Source: Myxococcota bacterium
GTDB taxonomy: Bacteria > Myxococcota_C > UBA6777
Reading direction: 5' to 3'
DNA length: 42,330 nt
Assembly (NCBI GenBank): GCA_023150835.1
Contig: JAKLKB010000084.1
Span: 1-42,330, forward strand
Numbering within the stretch: the first letter of the stretch is position 1; each line of letters opens with the position of its first letter. The translations under genes were made by a program, and so were the position numbers. A model generated the notes under the pieces. It ran no database searches. It saw only the letters and a program-made list of their open reading frames with translations, and was not told the origin of the DNA. Of the stretch, positions 1 through 9,800 are shown piece by piece.

Positions 1-134
1 CGCTTGAGGCTCTTTCCCTTGTCATCCGTAACAATTGTAAAATCAGTTCGCGTCGAAAACGACCGTCAACATGGCAACACAATACTCCCGATCCTCTTGT
101 TGTTTCCGATGTCATTGCTTAACCTGATGCCAAT

Positions 135-210
135 GGGGCAACCATGTGTGGTTGCCTACAAAACACCGTGTGATTTCCAACACGTAGGGGCAACCAGGTG
201 TGGTTGCCCT
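135..210. repeat. Two REP-like hairpins: GGGGCAACC-atgtgt-GGTTGCC at 135-156 and GTAGGGGCAACC-aggtgt-GGTTGCCC at 184-209
   Basis: Near-identical palindromes 51 bp apart, one preceded by GTAG. Same architecture as the GTAGGGGCAGCC...GGCTGCCC core of the dispersed MITE, but without its terminal repeats. Confidence 0.7.
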
Positions 211-646
211 GACTGAGAAGTGTTGCCTCTTGATACCTCTCTCATGGCGTTGGTCTTCTCATGTTTGAGCCTCCAAAACACTTCGTTCTTTCCGATGTTT
301 CGCTCGCTCGTCATTGGCTTGTCATGTAGCGAGACCGTCCTCAGGAAAGTACACTAAACAGACCTTTTCGCCCTAATTTCTCGATCAAGATCGGCACCGA
401 GGCGATCCAGCTTTTGGGGTTCGTTATAAAAAATCTTCTTGACACGCATTATTTCATGGAATACACTCCACATAATTACAGTAATTTGAATCAGTAAAGA
501 TGAGCGCGCAAGTGAAAATCGCTGGAATACATGAAGAGAAACGAGCGAAATGAGCAAAAAAGTCAGATGTCTACAGTTCACTCAAAGCATTTATTAAAAA
601 AATATCTTACAACGATCATACCAATTCACTAGAAGGAACCACAAAA

Positions 647-1726
647 ATGCTTTCCAACACAACAAGCCTGATGAAAGTCTCGGTCGAGCGTGGGACATAC
701 AAGGTATGTGACGCAAAAAAAGTCGCTGGTGGGCAATATCATACAAAAAGGCAGCAATGGCTTAAACAGCATATCGCTGAATTTATTCAACAAGCAAACG
801 CACAACACTACGTGGACCCCTTCGCAGGACACGGTGATCTCTTCCGAACATTGCTTCATTTGATCGGAGAAAAATCGACGATTGGTTACGATCTCGATCC
901 GACGCTTCATTGGCCAATCAATAACAGCCTCATCGAAATACCAAAGCACCCGAATTCAATCCTCGTTACGAATCCTCCATACTTGGCAAAACACAGCGCA
1001 AAACGTAAAGGAGTGGAGCATTCTGTTTGCGATTACTATAACGACAGCGGATTCGACGACCTTTATTTGATCGCGATGTCGAAATGTATAAAAAGCTACG
1101 ACAAATGTGTTTTTATCGTCCCAGAAACATACGTGAACTCGAATACTCAATTCGATGGGATTGTTTCAATAACAATTATACTTGAAAGTATTTTCGACGA
1201 CACGGATACTCCGGTATGCGTCGTCTGTTATGATAAATCTTTTCTGGGAGATGTTCAAATATTTATTGGCGATCATTTGATCGGGAGGATGGCACATTTG
1301 AATTCATTTCGATTGCGGCCAAAGAAAGATGTACCCATTCGGTTCAATGTTCCCGACGGACGTATCGGCCTACGTGCTGTCGATATGTTGGATTCATCCA
1401 AAAAAATCAAATTCATGCCAGCTTCGGAATTAAAATACAACGCAAAAAACATAAAAAACTCAAGTAGATTAATCACCTACATCGATTTAGACGGAGTACA
1501 AATCGAACAGATTCCGAAGATATGCGAGAAGGCGAATGAATTATTGATCAAAATTAGAGAAGCGACATACGATATAATTTTTTCGCCGTTCAAGGGAAAC
1601 GCAAAAGACGGTACGAGAAGAAGGCGGCTTGATTACGATCTGGCGAGAGCTGTACTAGAAAAAGCTTATAAGGAAACGGTACCGATGCCAAACACTCCAG
1701 CACAATTAAGAATGTTGCCGATATGA
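647..1726 (+). CDS. N6-adenine (amino) DNA methyltransferase, gamma-type motif order
   Basis: Motif X-like GQYHT, motif I DPFAGHGDL, motif II GYDLDP and motif IV NPPY followed by DLY. AT-rich relative to neighbours. Start could be ATG 647 or ATG 670. Confidence 0.8.
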   Translation: MLSNTTSLMKVSVERGTYKVCDAKKVAGGQYHTKRQQWLKQHIAEFIQQANAQHYVDPFAGHGDLFRTLLHLIGEKSTIGYDLDPTLHWPINNSLIEIPKHPNSILVTNPPYLAKHSAKRKGVEHSVCDYYNDSGFDDLYLIAMSKCIKSYDKCVFIVPETYVNSNTQFDGIVSITIILESIFDDTDTPVCVVCYDKSFLGDVQIFIGDHLIGRMAHLNSFRLRPKKDVPIRFNVPDGRIGLRAVDMLDSSKKIKFMPASELKYNAKNIKNSSRLITYIDLDGVQIEQIPKICEKANELLIKIREATYDIIFSPFKGNAKDGTRRRRLDYDLARAVLEKAYKETVPMPNTPAQLRMLPI

Positions 1727-1732
1727 CGGACA

Positions 1733-2731
1733 TCATTGAATGGTTTTGAAGACGCGATCCCAACGAATCCGTTGGACGAAAAGGCCGGGCTTCTCGCCTT
1801 GATCGGAGATCCAGATCAAAAAGGCTTTGCCCTTGATGTAATCCATCGGGACAAGGCCCCAATCGCGGCTGTCTGAGCTGTGATCGCGATTATCGCCCAT
1901 GACAAAGACATGGCCGGGCTTCACCACAGGCCCCCAAGGCCGCCGAGAAAGAGGGCCGTTGTCTTGGGAAGACCAGTTTTGAAATAGGCTTCCGTCTTGT
2001 TCATCCGCAAGTGTTTGATAACTCACACCATAGAGATTTTCTTGAAAGATACGCCCGACTTTCTTGTCCCATCGTTCTTCGTCGACAGGCTCGAAATAGG
2101 TGTGTTGTCCACCTTTGGCGCGAGAGATGGGTTTGTCGTTGATGTAAAGAACGTTTCCACGAACGGCGATGCGATCTCCGGGCAAGCCGACAACGCGCTT
2201 GATAAAGTCTTTTCGTTGGTCGATGATTCCCAAAAAGTTGGTGCGCTTTTCTGCGGGGTACACGAAGACGATCACATCGCCGCGTTGGGGTCCAGCGCCG
2301 ATTTGCAGCTTTTTGTTCACAAAGGGAATCCACAAGCCATAAGACATCTTGTTGACGAAGATATGATCGCCGATGGCGAGGGTGGGAACCATCGAACCAG
2401 AGGGGATCTTAAAGGGTTCGATCAAAAAAGTTCGTAAAAACAAAGCGATGGCGACAGCGATCAGGATCGAATCGGCATATTCTCGAAACACACTTTTTCG
2501 GAAGGGAGCAAGGATGCGTGCGGCGTCCTGTTCGAGCGCTTTGAGGGCTTTGCTGAGTTTTTCGGGTTCAGCGTTTTGTTGCGCGAGCAGCTCAGAAAGT
2601 GCCTTGATGTGTTCGTCGAGTTTGGCGAGATCGGCAGATTCGAACTTTTTGCTGTGTTTTTTGTGAAGCCGCTGGACCTCAAGGAGCAAGGATTGAGCGC
2701 GACGGCGCTCAAGAACAGCAGGAGTGGGCAT
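1733..2731 (-). CDS. lepB: Signal peptidase I with ~80-aa N-terminal helical extension
   Basis: EPFKIPSGSMVPTL (catalytic Ser), FIKRVVGLPGD (catalytic Lys), GDNRDHSSDSRDWG; directly downstream of lepA. Confidence 0.97.
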   Translation of the reverse strand: MPTPAVLERRRAQSLLLEVQRLHKKHSKKFESADLAKLDEHIKALSELLAQQNAEPEKLSKALKALEQDAARILAPFRKSVFREYADSILIAVAIALFLRTFLIEPFKIPSGSMVPTLAIGDHIFVNKMSYGLWIPFVNKKLQIGAGPQRGDVIVFVYPAEKRTNFLGIIDQRKDFIKRVVGLPGDRIAVRGNVLYINDKPISRAKGGQHTYFEPVDEERWDKKVGRIFQENLYGVSYQTLADEQDGSLFQNWSSQDNGPLSRRPWGPVVKPGHVFVMGDNRDHSSDSRDWGLVPMDYIKGKAFLIWISDQGEKPGLFVQRIRWDRVFKTIQ

Positions 2732-2793
2732 CGCTCTTTTTCGTCCTTTTTTCTTCGCGTGGTGTACAGGATAAACGCAATCACAGGGTAGAT

Positions 2794-4596
2794 TTATTCG
2801 TCATCCAAGCGCAAGACGGCCATGAAGGCGCTTTGTGGGATCTCGACGTTGCCGATCTGTTTCATGCGCTTTTTCCCGGCCTTTTGCTTTTCGAGCAGCT
2901 TGCGCTTTCGAGAGATATCGCCGCCGTAGCATTTGGCGATGACGTTTTTGCGCATCGCTTTTTGAGTGGTTCGTGCGATCACGCGATTTCCGATGGCGGC
3001 TTGGATCGCGACTTCAAAGAGTTGTCGGGGGATCACATCTTTGAGTTTTTGTGTGAGGGCTTGGCCACGATGGAAGGCTTTGTCGCGGTGCGTGATGATC
3101 GAAAGCGCATCGACGTTGTCGCCGTTGAGCAAGATATCCAGCCGCACGAGATTTCCGACGCGGTAGTCGAGGAAGTCGTAATCAAGCGAAGCATAGCCGC
3201 GAGAGACCGACTTGAGGCGATCAAAGAAATCAAACGCCACTTCCGCGAGAGGCAGATGATAACGAACCGCAGAGCGTTGGGTTCCAAGGTATTCGATGCC
3301 TTGTTGAAGGCCGCGTCGTTCTTCGCACAGTTTGATGATGGCCCCGATGTATTCGGTCGGGACGTAGATGGTGGCATTGATGTAAGGTTCTTCGATATGC
3401 TCGATCTCGACGGCATCAGGGAGTTTTGCGGGGTTGTCTACGTAGATCATCTCGCTTGATTTGAGGAAGCAATGGTAGATCACGGAGGGCGAAGTGGTGA
3501 TGAGATCGAGGTCATACTCGCGTTCGAGGCGTTCTTGAATGATCTCCATGTGGAGCAAGCCAAGAAACCCACAGCGAAAGCCAAAGCCGAGAGCTTGGGA
3601 GGTTTCAGGCTCAAAGGAAAAAGAAGCATCGTTGAGGCGGAGTTTTTCGAGGGCTTCGCGCAGATCTTCGTAGTCGGCGGATTCGACAGGGTAGAGGCCG
3701 CTAAAGACCATCGGTTTGACTTCTTTAAATCCGCGCAACGGCTCGATACAAGGGCGCTCCGCAAGCGTGATCGTGTCTCCGATTCGAGCCTCCGAGACAT
3801 TTTTGATACTGGCGGTGACAAAGCCGACCTCGCCGCACGAAAGCTGCGGTAGCCCACCCGGGCGAGGAAGAAACGCACCTAAGGTTTGGACTTCATAGGT
3901 TTTTCCTGTCGAGAAGATCTGGATCTTGTCGCCGACTTTGAGGCTGCCGTCCACCACACGGATCATCGAGGTCACACCGCGATACGAGTCATACCAGCAG
4001 TCAAAGATCAAAGCGCGCAAAGGAGCCTCAGGATCGCCTTTTGGGGGGGGGAGTTTTTCTGCGATCGCTTCAAGGACTTTTTCGATATGTAGCCCGGTTT
4101 TTGCGCTGACAAAGATCGCTTCCGAAGCTTCCAAGCCGATGATATCTTCGACTTCTTTGGCGATGCGCTCGGGTTCGGCGCTTGGCAGGTCGATCTTGTT
4201 GACAACTGTGACAAGTTCGAGATTCGAATCCAGCGCCATATAGACGTTCGAGAGCGTTTGAGCTTCGACGCCTTGGGCAGCATCGACGACCAACAAAGCT
4301 CCTTCGCAAGAGTCCAAGGCACGAGACACTTCGTACATAAAGTCCACATGGCCGGGGGTATCGATCAGGTTGTATTGGTAGACTTTGCCGTCTTTGTGTT
4401 TGTAGTGCAAACGCACCGCAGAAGCCTTGATCGTGATGCCGCGTTCCCGTTCGAGGTCCATATTGTCGAGAAGTTGCTCTGTTCTTTCGCGGTCATCCAC
4501 AGCCCCAACAGCGTCAAGGATACGATCCGCAAGGGTGGACTTGCCGTGATCGATATGAGCGATGATACAAAAATTACGGATATGTTCTTGTGACAT
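2794..4596 (-). CDS. lepA: Translation elongation factor 4 (LepA)
   Basis: [41 protein letters not shown] and the LepA C-terminal [18 protein letters not shown]. Confidence 0.99.
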   Translation of the reverse strand: MSQEHIRNFCIIAHIDHGKSTLADRILDAVGAVDDRERTEQLLDNMDLERERGITIKASAVRLHYKHKDGKVYQYNLIDTPGHVDFMYEVSRALDSCEGALLVVDAAQGVEAQTLSNVYMALDSNLELVTVVNKIDLPSAEPERIAKEVEDIIGLEASEAIFVSAKTGLHIEKVLEAIAEKLPPPKGDPEAPLRALIFDCWYDSYRGVTSMIRVVDGSLKVGDKIQIFSTGKTYEVQTLGAFLPRPGGLPQLSCGEVGFVTASIKNVSEARIGDTITLAERPCIEPLRGFKEVKPMVFSGLYPVESADYEDLREALEKLRLNDASFSFEPETSQALGFGFRCGFLGLLHMEIIQERLEREYDLDLITTSPSVIYHCFLKSSEMIYVDNPAKLPDAVEIEHIEEPYINATIYVPTEYIGAIIKLCEERRGLQQGIEYLGTQRSAVRYHLPLAEVAFDFFDRLKSVSRGYASLDYDFLDYRVGNLVRLDILLNGDNVDALSIITHRDKAFHRGQALTQKLKDVIPRQLFEVAIQAAIGNRVIARTTQKAMRKNVIAKCYGGDISRKRKLLEKQKAGKKRMKQIGNVEIPQSAFMAVLRLDDE

Positions 4597-4780
4597 GATC
4601 TACTTCTTGTGTAAGTCGCCGCACATCGGGCATTTTGGCATCCGAACCTTCGGTTCCAAAACGGTGCCTTGATGTGTTTGGCAGAAAGCATCGAGCGAAA
4701 GAAAACAAGCATCCACGGACGCTTTAGAAGCGTTGCATCCACCAACGCTGTGGACAAACCCAACAGCGTCGCTTATGGCA

Positions 4781-5725
4781 TCAACCGAGATATCGTCGGT
4801 AATAGGCGATGGTTTCGGCGAAACCTTCGCGTGGCGAATAGCGTGGCGACCATCCCAAGACTTGGCGGGCTCGGGAGATATCGGGACAACGGCGTTTTGG
4901 ATCGTCTTTGTGCGGCAGCGGCATATAGGTTAACGTGCTTTTGGATTCGGTGAGATCGATGATCAGCTCAGCGAATTCGCGCACCGTCATCTCATGTGGG
5001 TTGCCGATGTTGACGGGATCGTTGTAATCGCTCCAGAGCAAACGAACGATGCCTTCGACTTGATCAGCGACGTAGCAAAAAGAGCGCGTTTGACTACCAT
5101 CGCCAAAGATGGTGATCGGCTCGTTGCGAAGGGCTTGCATAATAAAGTTGGGGACAACACGCCCGTCGTCCGTGCGGTTGCGCGGGCCGTATGTGTTAAA
5201 GATCCGCACCACACGCACAGGGATATCCCATTTTCGGTGGTAGGTGTAGGTGATGGCTTCGGCGAAGCGCTTGGCTTCATCGTAGCAAGCGCGTGTACCG
5301 ATCGAACTGACGTGTCCGACGTAACTTTCGACTTGAGGATGGATCTCAGGGTCACCGTAGACTTCGGAAGTTGAACTCAGAAAGAATCGCGCCCCGCTGT
5401 GACGGGCGACTTCGAGCATATTTTCCGTTCCGTGAGAGCCAACACGCAGCGTTTCGATCGAATAACGCACGTAATCCACGGGACTGGCAGGGCTGGCGAG
5501 GTGCATCACGGCATCCCATCCACCATCGTACAGGTCGGATAAATCAAGCGATACATCGCGTTCGAGAAATTGAAATCTCGGATGTTCGGCGAGATGTTGA
5601 AGATTGATGCGTCTTCCCGTCAACAGGTTATCCAGAACGGTCACTTCGTGGCCGTCTTGCAACAAGCGATCGGTCAAATGTGACCCCAAAAACCCCGAAC
5701 CACCAGAGAGTAAGATCTTGCTCAT
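4781..5725 (-). CDS. UDP-glucuronic acid decarboxylase-like NAD-dependent epimerase/dehydratase (SDR)
   Basis: GGSGFLG Rossmann motif, [48 protein letters not shown]. Start moved to ATG 5725 (MSKILL). Confidence 0.92.
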   Translation of the reverse strand: MSKILLSGGSGFLGSHLTDRLLQDGHEVTVLDNLLTGRRINLQHLAEHPRFQFLERDVSLDLSDLYDGGWDAVMHLASPASPVDYVRYSIETLRVGSHGTENMLEVARHSGARFFLSSTSEVYGDPEIHPQVESYVGHVSSIGTRACYDEAKRFAEAITYTYHRKWDIPVRVVRIFNTYGPRNRTDDGRVVPNFIMQALRNEPITIFGDGSQTRSFCYVADQVEGIVRLLWSDYNDPVNIGNPHEMTVREFAELIIDLTESKSTLTYMPLPHKDDPKRRCPDISRARQVLGWSPRYSPREGFAETIAYYRRYLG

Positions 5726-6072
5726 AAAAAATCCTAAGAGAGAGAGAAAGAGAGAAAGAAACCTCCGCCTTCTTAGCAGGCCAACACAACGCACCAACAG
5801 AAGAGAGGTTGTTTTTGCGGCGATTTGAGTGGGATGAGTCGAAGGAGGGGTGACACGAAGTCTTTGCCTTGATTCTTTTTGATCGAGGCGTTATGCTCAC
5901 GCCGATCGTGTGTGGGTGTACCATCCCCGCACCAGCGATGTATAAGATGGCACATCCGCTTGTAGGAGAAGCTCTCGCAGGTAGGATGTTTTGGGTTGAC
6001 CCCTGCGATGGCCCGCTAAGTTACTGAGAGGTCGGCCCCTTGTCAACTCTTCTTTTGTTGGAGAACAAATCC

Positions 6073-6723
6073 ATGCGAGGGATGCTTTCCTCTGTTCGGT
6101 TTCTCGGTGCCTTGTGTTTTGTTTTTCTCGTAGGTTGCGGCCCCGCCAATCAAGACGCCAAGAAAAAAGACGAGAAAGAAGATCCGATCAAAGCTGCTTC
6201 TCAAGAACCTACCGTCCCTCAGCCGGGCGAAACCATGCAGCGCTTCGATCTCAACAAAGACAAAAAGCCCGATATGTGGAAGTTTTTCGTTGAAAAGCCT
6301 GATCCACGCGATGGCAGCAAAAAGATCCGAGAGCTTGTCCGTATCGAAGTCGATCTCAACGGCGACAACCGCGTCGATATCCAACGCTTCTACGAAAATG
6401 GTGTCAAAGTTCGAGAACGCTTTGATTTGGATTACGACGGAAAGTTTGATCTCGTCAACCACTACAGCCAAGGCTACCTGATCAAGCAAGAGATCTTCCA
6501 GCGCTCCCAAACCATCCCCGACCTTGTCAAACACTTCGAGATCATCGAAGAAAAAGGCAAAAAGAAGAAAAAAGTTCGCCTTGCCCGCAAAGAACGGGAT
6601 CAAAACCTCGACGGAAAGCCCGACTATTGGGAGTATTGGGAAAACGGGATGCTTGACCGCATTGGCCGAGACACCGACTTTGACGGAAAAGTGGACGTTT
6701 GGGAACGCCCACAAGCCAACTAA
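6073..6723 (+). CDS. Lipoprotein with repeated Dx[N/D]xDGKxD (EF-hand-like, probable Ca-binding) loops
   Basis: GGAGAA RBS before ATG 6073; hydrophobic stretch ending in lipobox LVGC; motifs DLNKDKKPD, DLNGDNRVD, DLDYDGKFD, DQNLDGKPD, DTDFDGKVD. Confidence 0.8.
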   Translation: MRGMLSSVRFLGALCFVFLVGCGPANQDAKKKDEKEDPIKAASQEPTVPQPGETMQRFDLNKDKKPDMWKFFVEKPDPRDGSKKIRELVRIEVDLNGDNRVDIQRFYENGVKVRERFDLDYDGKFDLVNHYSQGYLIKQEIFQRSQTIPDLVKHFEIIEEKGKKKKKVRLARKERDQNLDGKPDYWEYWENGMLDRIGRDTDFDGKVDVWERPQAN

Positions 6724-6828
6724 TACGAAATCCGCCCATTGTGTGATCGTAAAAATGTAGGGGCAGCCCCCTGTGGCTGCCCGACGACAGGGCGTCTACG
6801 TAGTCGTACACACCATTCGGATATCGTA
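6724..6828. mobile_element. MITE-like element, family A copy 1 (105 bp)
   Basis: Ends TACGAAATCCG and CGGATATCGTA are inverted repeats; internal GTAGGGGCAGCCCCCTGTGGCTGCCC hairpin and GGGCGTCTAC. Fills the whole gap between two convergent stop codons. Confidence 0.85.
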
Positions 6829-9800
6829 TTATTTGCAGAAACCAGCCGTACAAGCGACGTTGGAGGGAGCATCAGGGAGGGCGGAACACTGGGATGTTTG
6901 GGTACAAGTGGGTCGGCAAGCGTTGGTGTCGCAAGATTCACCGCTTGCGCAAGGCTTGCTGCAGTCGGGGTTTTGGACGTTCAGTTTAACTTCGGCGCTT
7001 TTTTCGGTGACGTTGCAGGAGGGATCTTTGCAACGCAACACATAAAGCGGGTACTGTCCGGCATATTTAATGTTGGAGAGATTCAGCGTGAAGCTAAAGG
7101 TGCTGGTTTTGGGTGTGGTTCCGGGGATGGGGTTGAGCAGGTTGTTGTTAAAGATCACGATATCGGTCGCGAGTAGATTGGTGCCTGTGATGTTCACCTG
7201 TTGAAAAGCAACGCCGCGATAGACGATGGGTGGGCTGACGCTGGTGGCGGTGGGAGCGGGAGGTGGCTTGATGGTAAAGATCACAGGGTTACTCTCTTCG
7301 CCTGTGGGGTTGGCGATGGTCATGATGTAATCACCCGCTTCAAGGCCGTTAAGGCTCAAGATGCCATCCGCGTACTCGTCGTCGATATACGACTCCCACT
7401 GCCAAGCCGAAGTGACGTCTTTCCCCTTGGGATCGATGATCTTGATGACAGGATCTTTCAAGCAATAATAGCCTGTTCCGATATCACACATCCGCTCGCC
7501 CGAAAAATAGATATCAACAGAAGTCTTGGAACCGAGTACAACGCTGGTGGGGGAGATGTAGTCGACAATTGGCGGAGGAACGGGCTTAACGAAGATCATA
7601 AACAAGTTGCTGGTCGTGGTTCCTTCGCGTGCTTGGAAGTAGTAGTTGCCCGTAGCAAGGCTGTTTGCATCGATCTTGGTCACTTCGATCAACAGAGCAT
7701 TGCTGAATGTGCTGGCGACGACTTGGTTTTGGAACAACATCTCTGTGTTGGTGGTAAAGCCTTTGCCGTTGGCTTTGATCGGGCCGTAGCTTTGGCCGCG
7801 TTGGAAGTTGTTGGGATCGAAGGCATCGATGGTCAACGTGGCGGATGCAGCAAGGATCGAATAGCGTATTTCGTTGGTTTTTTTGGAGTTTTGGTTGTCG
7901 ACCACAAACTTGATCTCGCCGGGTGTTGCGCCTGTAAAGTCCACAGGCAGCTTGGTTTCGATCTGTTTGTCCGAAACGAAGTTGGTGTCAACGGCTGTAC
8001 CATTCCACAAGAGCTTGTGTTTGGAACTGAAGTTTGCACCGTTGATGACGATCTTTGCCTTGTCACCGACCTTTGCATAAGGCGGAGAAACGGAAGAGAC
8101 GTAGGGATGGGGTGGTTCGAGAACGGCGAAGGTGGAGGTAGAACTTTTGGCACCACAAGGATTGACCACAGCGAGCGAGACTTTTCCGGGCGCGATGCCG
8201 TTGAGGTTGAGGCGCACAGAAAGCGTGGAGCAGTTGGTTGACGAAGAATAGCGGGAGCAGGTGGTCGATTGTGGAACCCCGTTCATCTCGACGATGGCTC
8301 CCGGTCGCCAAAGCCCTTCGGAACCCGAGGAATAATCCAACTCGATCTCTGCGATCGTATCGGCAGGAGCGGCGGACGGCGCAATGGAATCGATACTGCG
8401 CGTCGAGGTTTCCGAGTTGGCTTGAACGGCGAATTCTTGGGGAGCGGACTCTGCACCGGGGCCGTTAATTACCTTGACTTGGTAGGAGCCAGCGACAAGG
8501 TTGCTGCCTTTGACGCTGATGCGGAGTTCTTGGGCGGAAACGAAGGTGAGTTTGTTGGTAGTGCTGGTAGTGGTGTAAGACGTGTTGCCGAACATCAACT
8601 CGCTGGTAGCGACAAAGTTGCGCCCATAAACAACGACATCTGTATCGCACTTGGTGTTCCAGCCGTCAGGGGTAAGAGCGGTCACTTGGGGGGCGCGGTA
8701 AGTGACCGTCACGGTGAAGTTGTTGGATTTTTTACCCGTCGAGCTTTGGACATGGGCGTTGTAGTTTCCGGGTGTAAAGTTGTAGTCTTTGGGGTTCAGT
8801 TCTGCGACGAAAAAGAACGGGCTGATGCCCGATATCTTTGTGATCTCTTTGTTGTCGATGAAGAATTTGAGACCCGTACGGAAGCGTTGGCCGTTGACGT
8901 TTACTTTGTTCTCTTCGCCGATGTAGATATTGAACGGGATCACGCGATCGAGGATGGGGGCGGGATCGGTGTCTTCGACGTTGAATTTGAATTTGTTGGA
9001 TTCTTGTCCCGAGGGGTTCTTGACCCAAACATCGTATGCACCCGCCGCAACGTTTGTGAGATCGAGTTCAGGATCCGCTTGCACTTCGTCGCGCCGAGGA
9101 CGCACAGAAGGGATCTCTTTGCCGTTGAAGAAGAGCTTGACACCGACTTCAAAGCCGGTGCCGTGAACGCTGAAAGGCAGCTTGGTTCCAGCCGTTGCAA
9201 AAGGCGGATTGAGCAAGGATATCTGCGGGGGAGGACCGAGGACAAGCACGTCAAAGTTCACCGAGGCCGAACGACGGCCTCCGGGGTTCAGGACATAAAG
9301 CTTGTAGGTGCCTTTGAAGATCCCTTGGAGGTCGAGAGGCGCTTTGATCTGTGTGGAACTGATGTATGTCGTCGCAAGAGGGGTTGTTTCAAAGAGGATC
9401 TGAGAGTCTTGGATAAAGCCTTTGCCAGCGATCTGGATCTCCAGCTTTTGGCCTTCTCCCGCTCGATCGGGCGTGATCGATGTGATCTCTGGAAGAGGGA
9501 TATCGTTGACCTTGAACTGAAGGGCGTTTGAGCGTTTGTTGTTGATGTTGATCACACTCATATCGTAACTGCCCGCCCCAACGCCTCGAAGATCGAGCTT
9601 GATCTTGAGTTCGGTATCCGAGACATAGCGGGTTTCGAGACGACGGTTGCCAAAGTCAAGACGCGCTCCTGCGACAAATCCCGTCCCTTTGAGGACCAGA
9701 TCGACGGCGGACTCGGTGCTGGCTTCGGTGGGAGAAACGCTTGCGAGGGTGGGTTCTTTGTCGAATCCCAAGATCGCCGTGATGGTGAGGGTATCGGGCG

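Noticed and set aside
354-581. 75-aa ORF as a possible controller or restriction partner of the MTase
   Set aside because: No HTH or nuclease motif and a non-ATG start in AT-rich DNA; not supportable.
7201-9531. 346-aa and 420-aa plus-strand ORFs
   Set aside because: Antisense to the IPT/TIG repeat gene.
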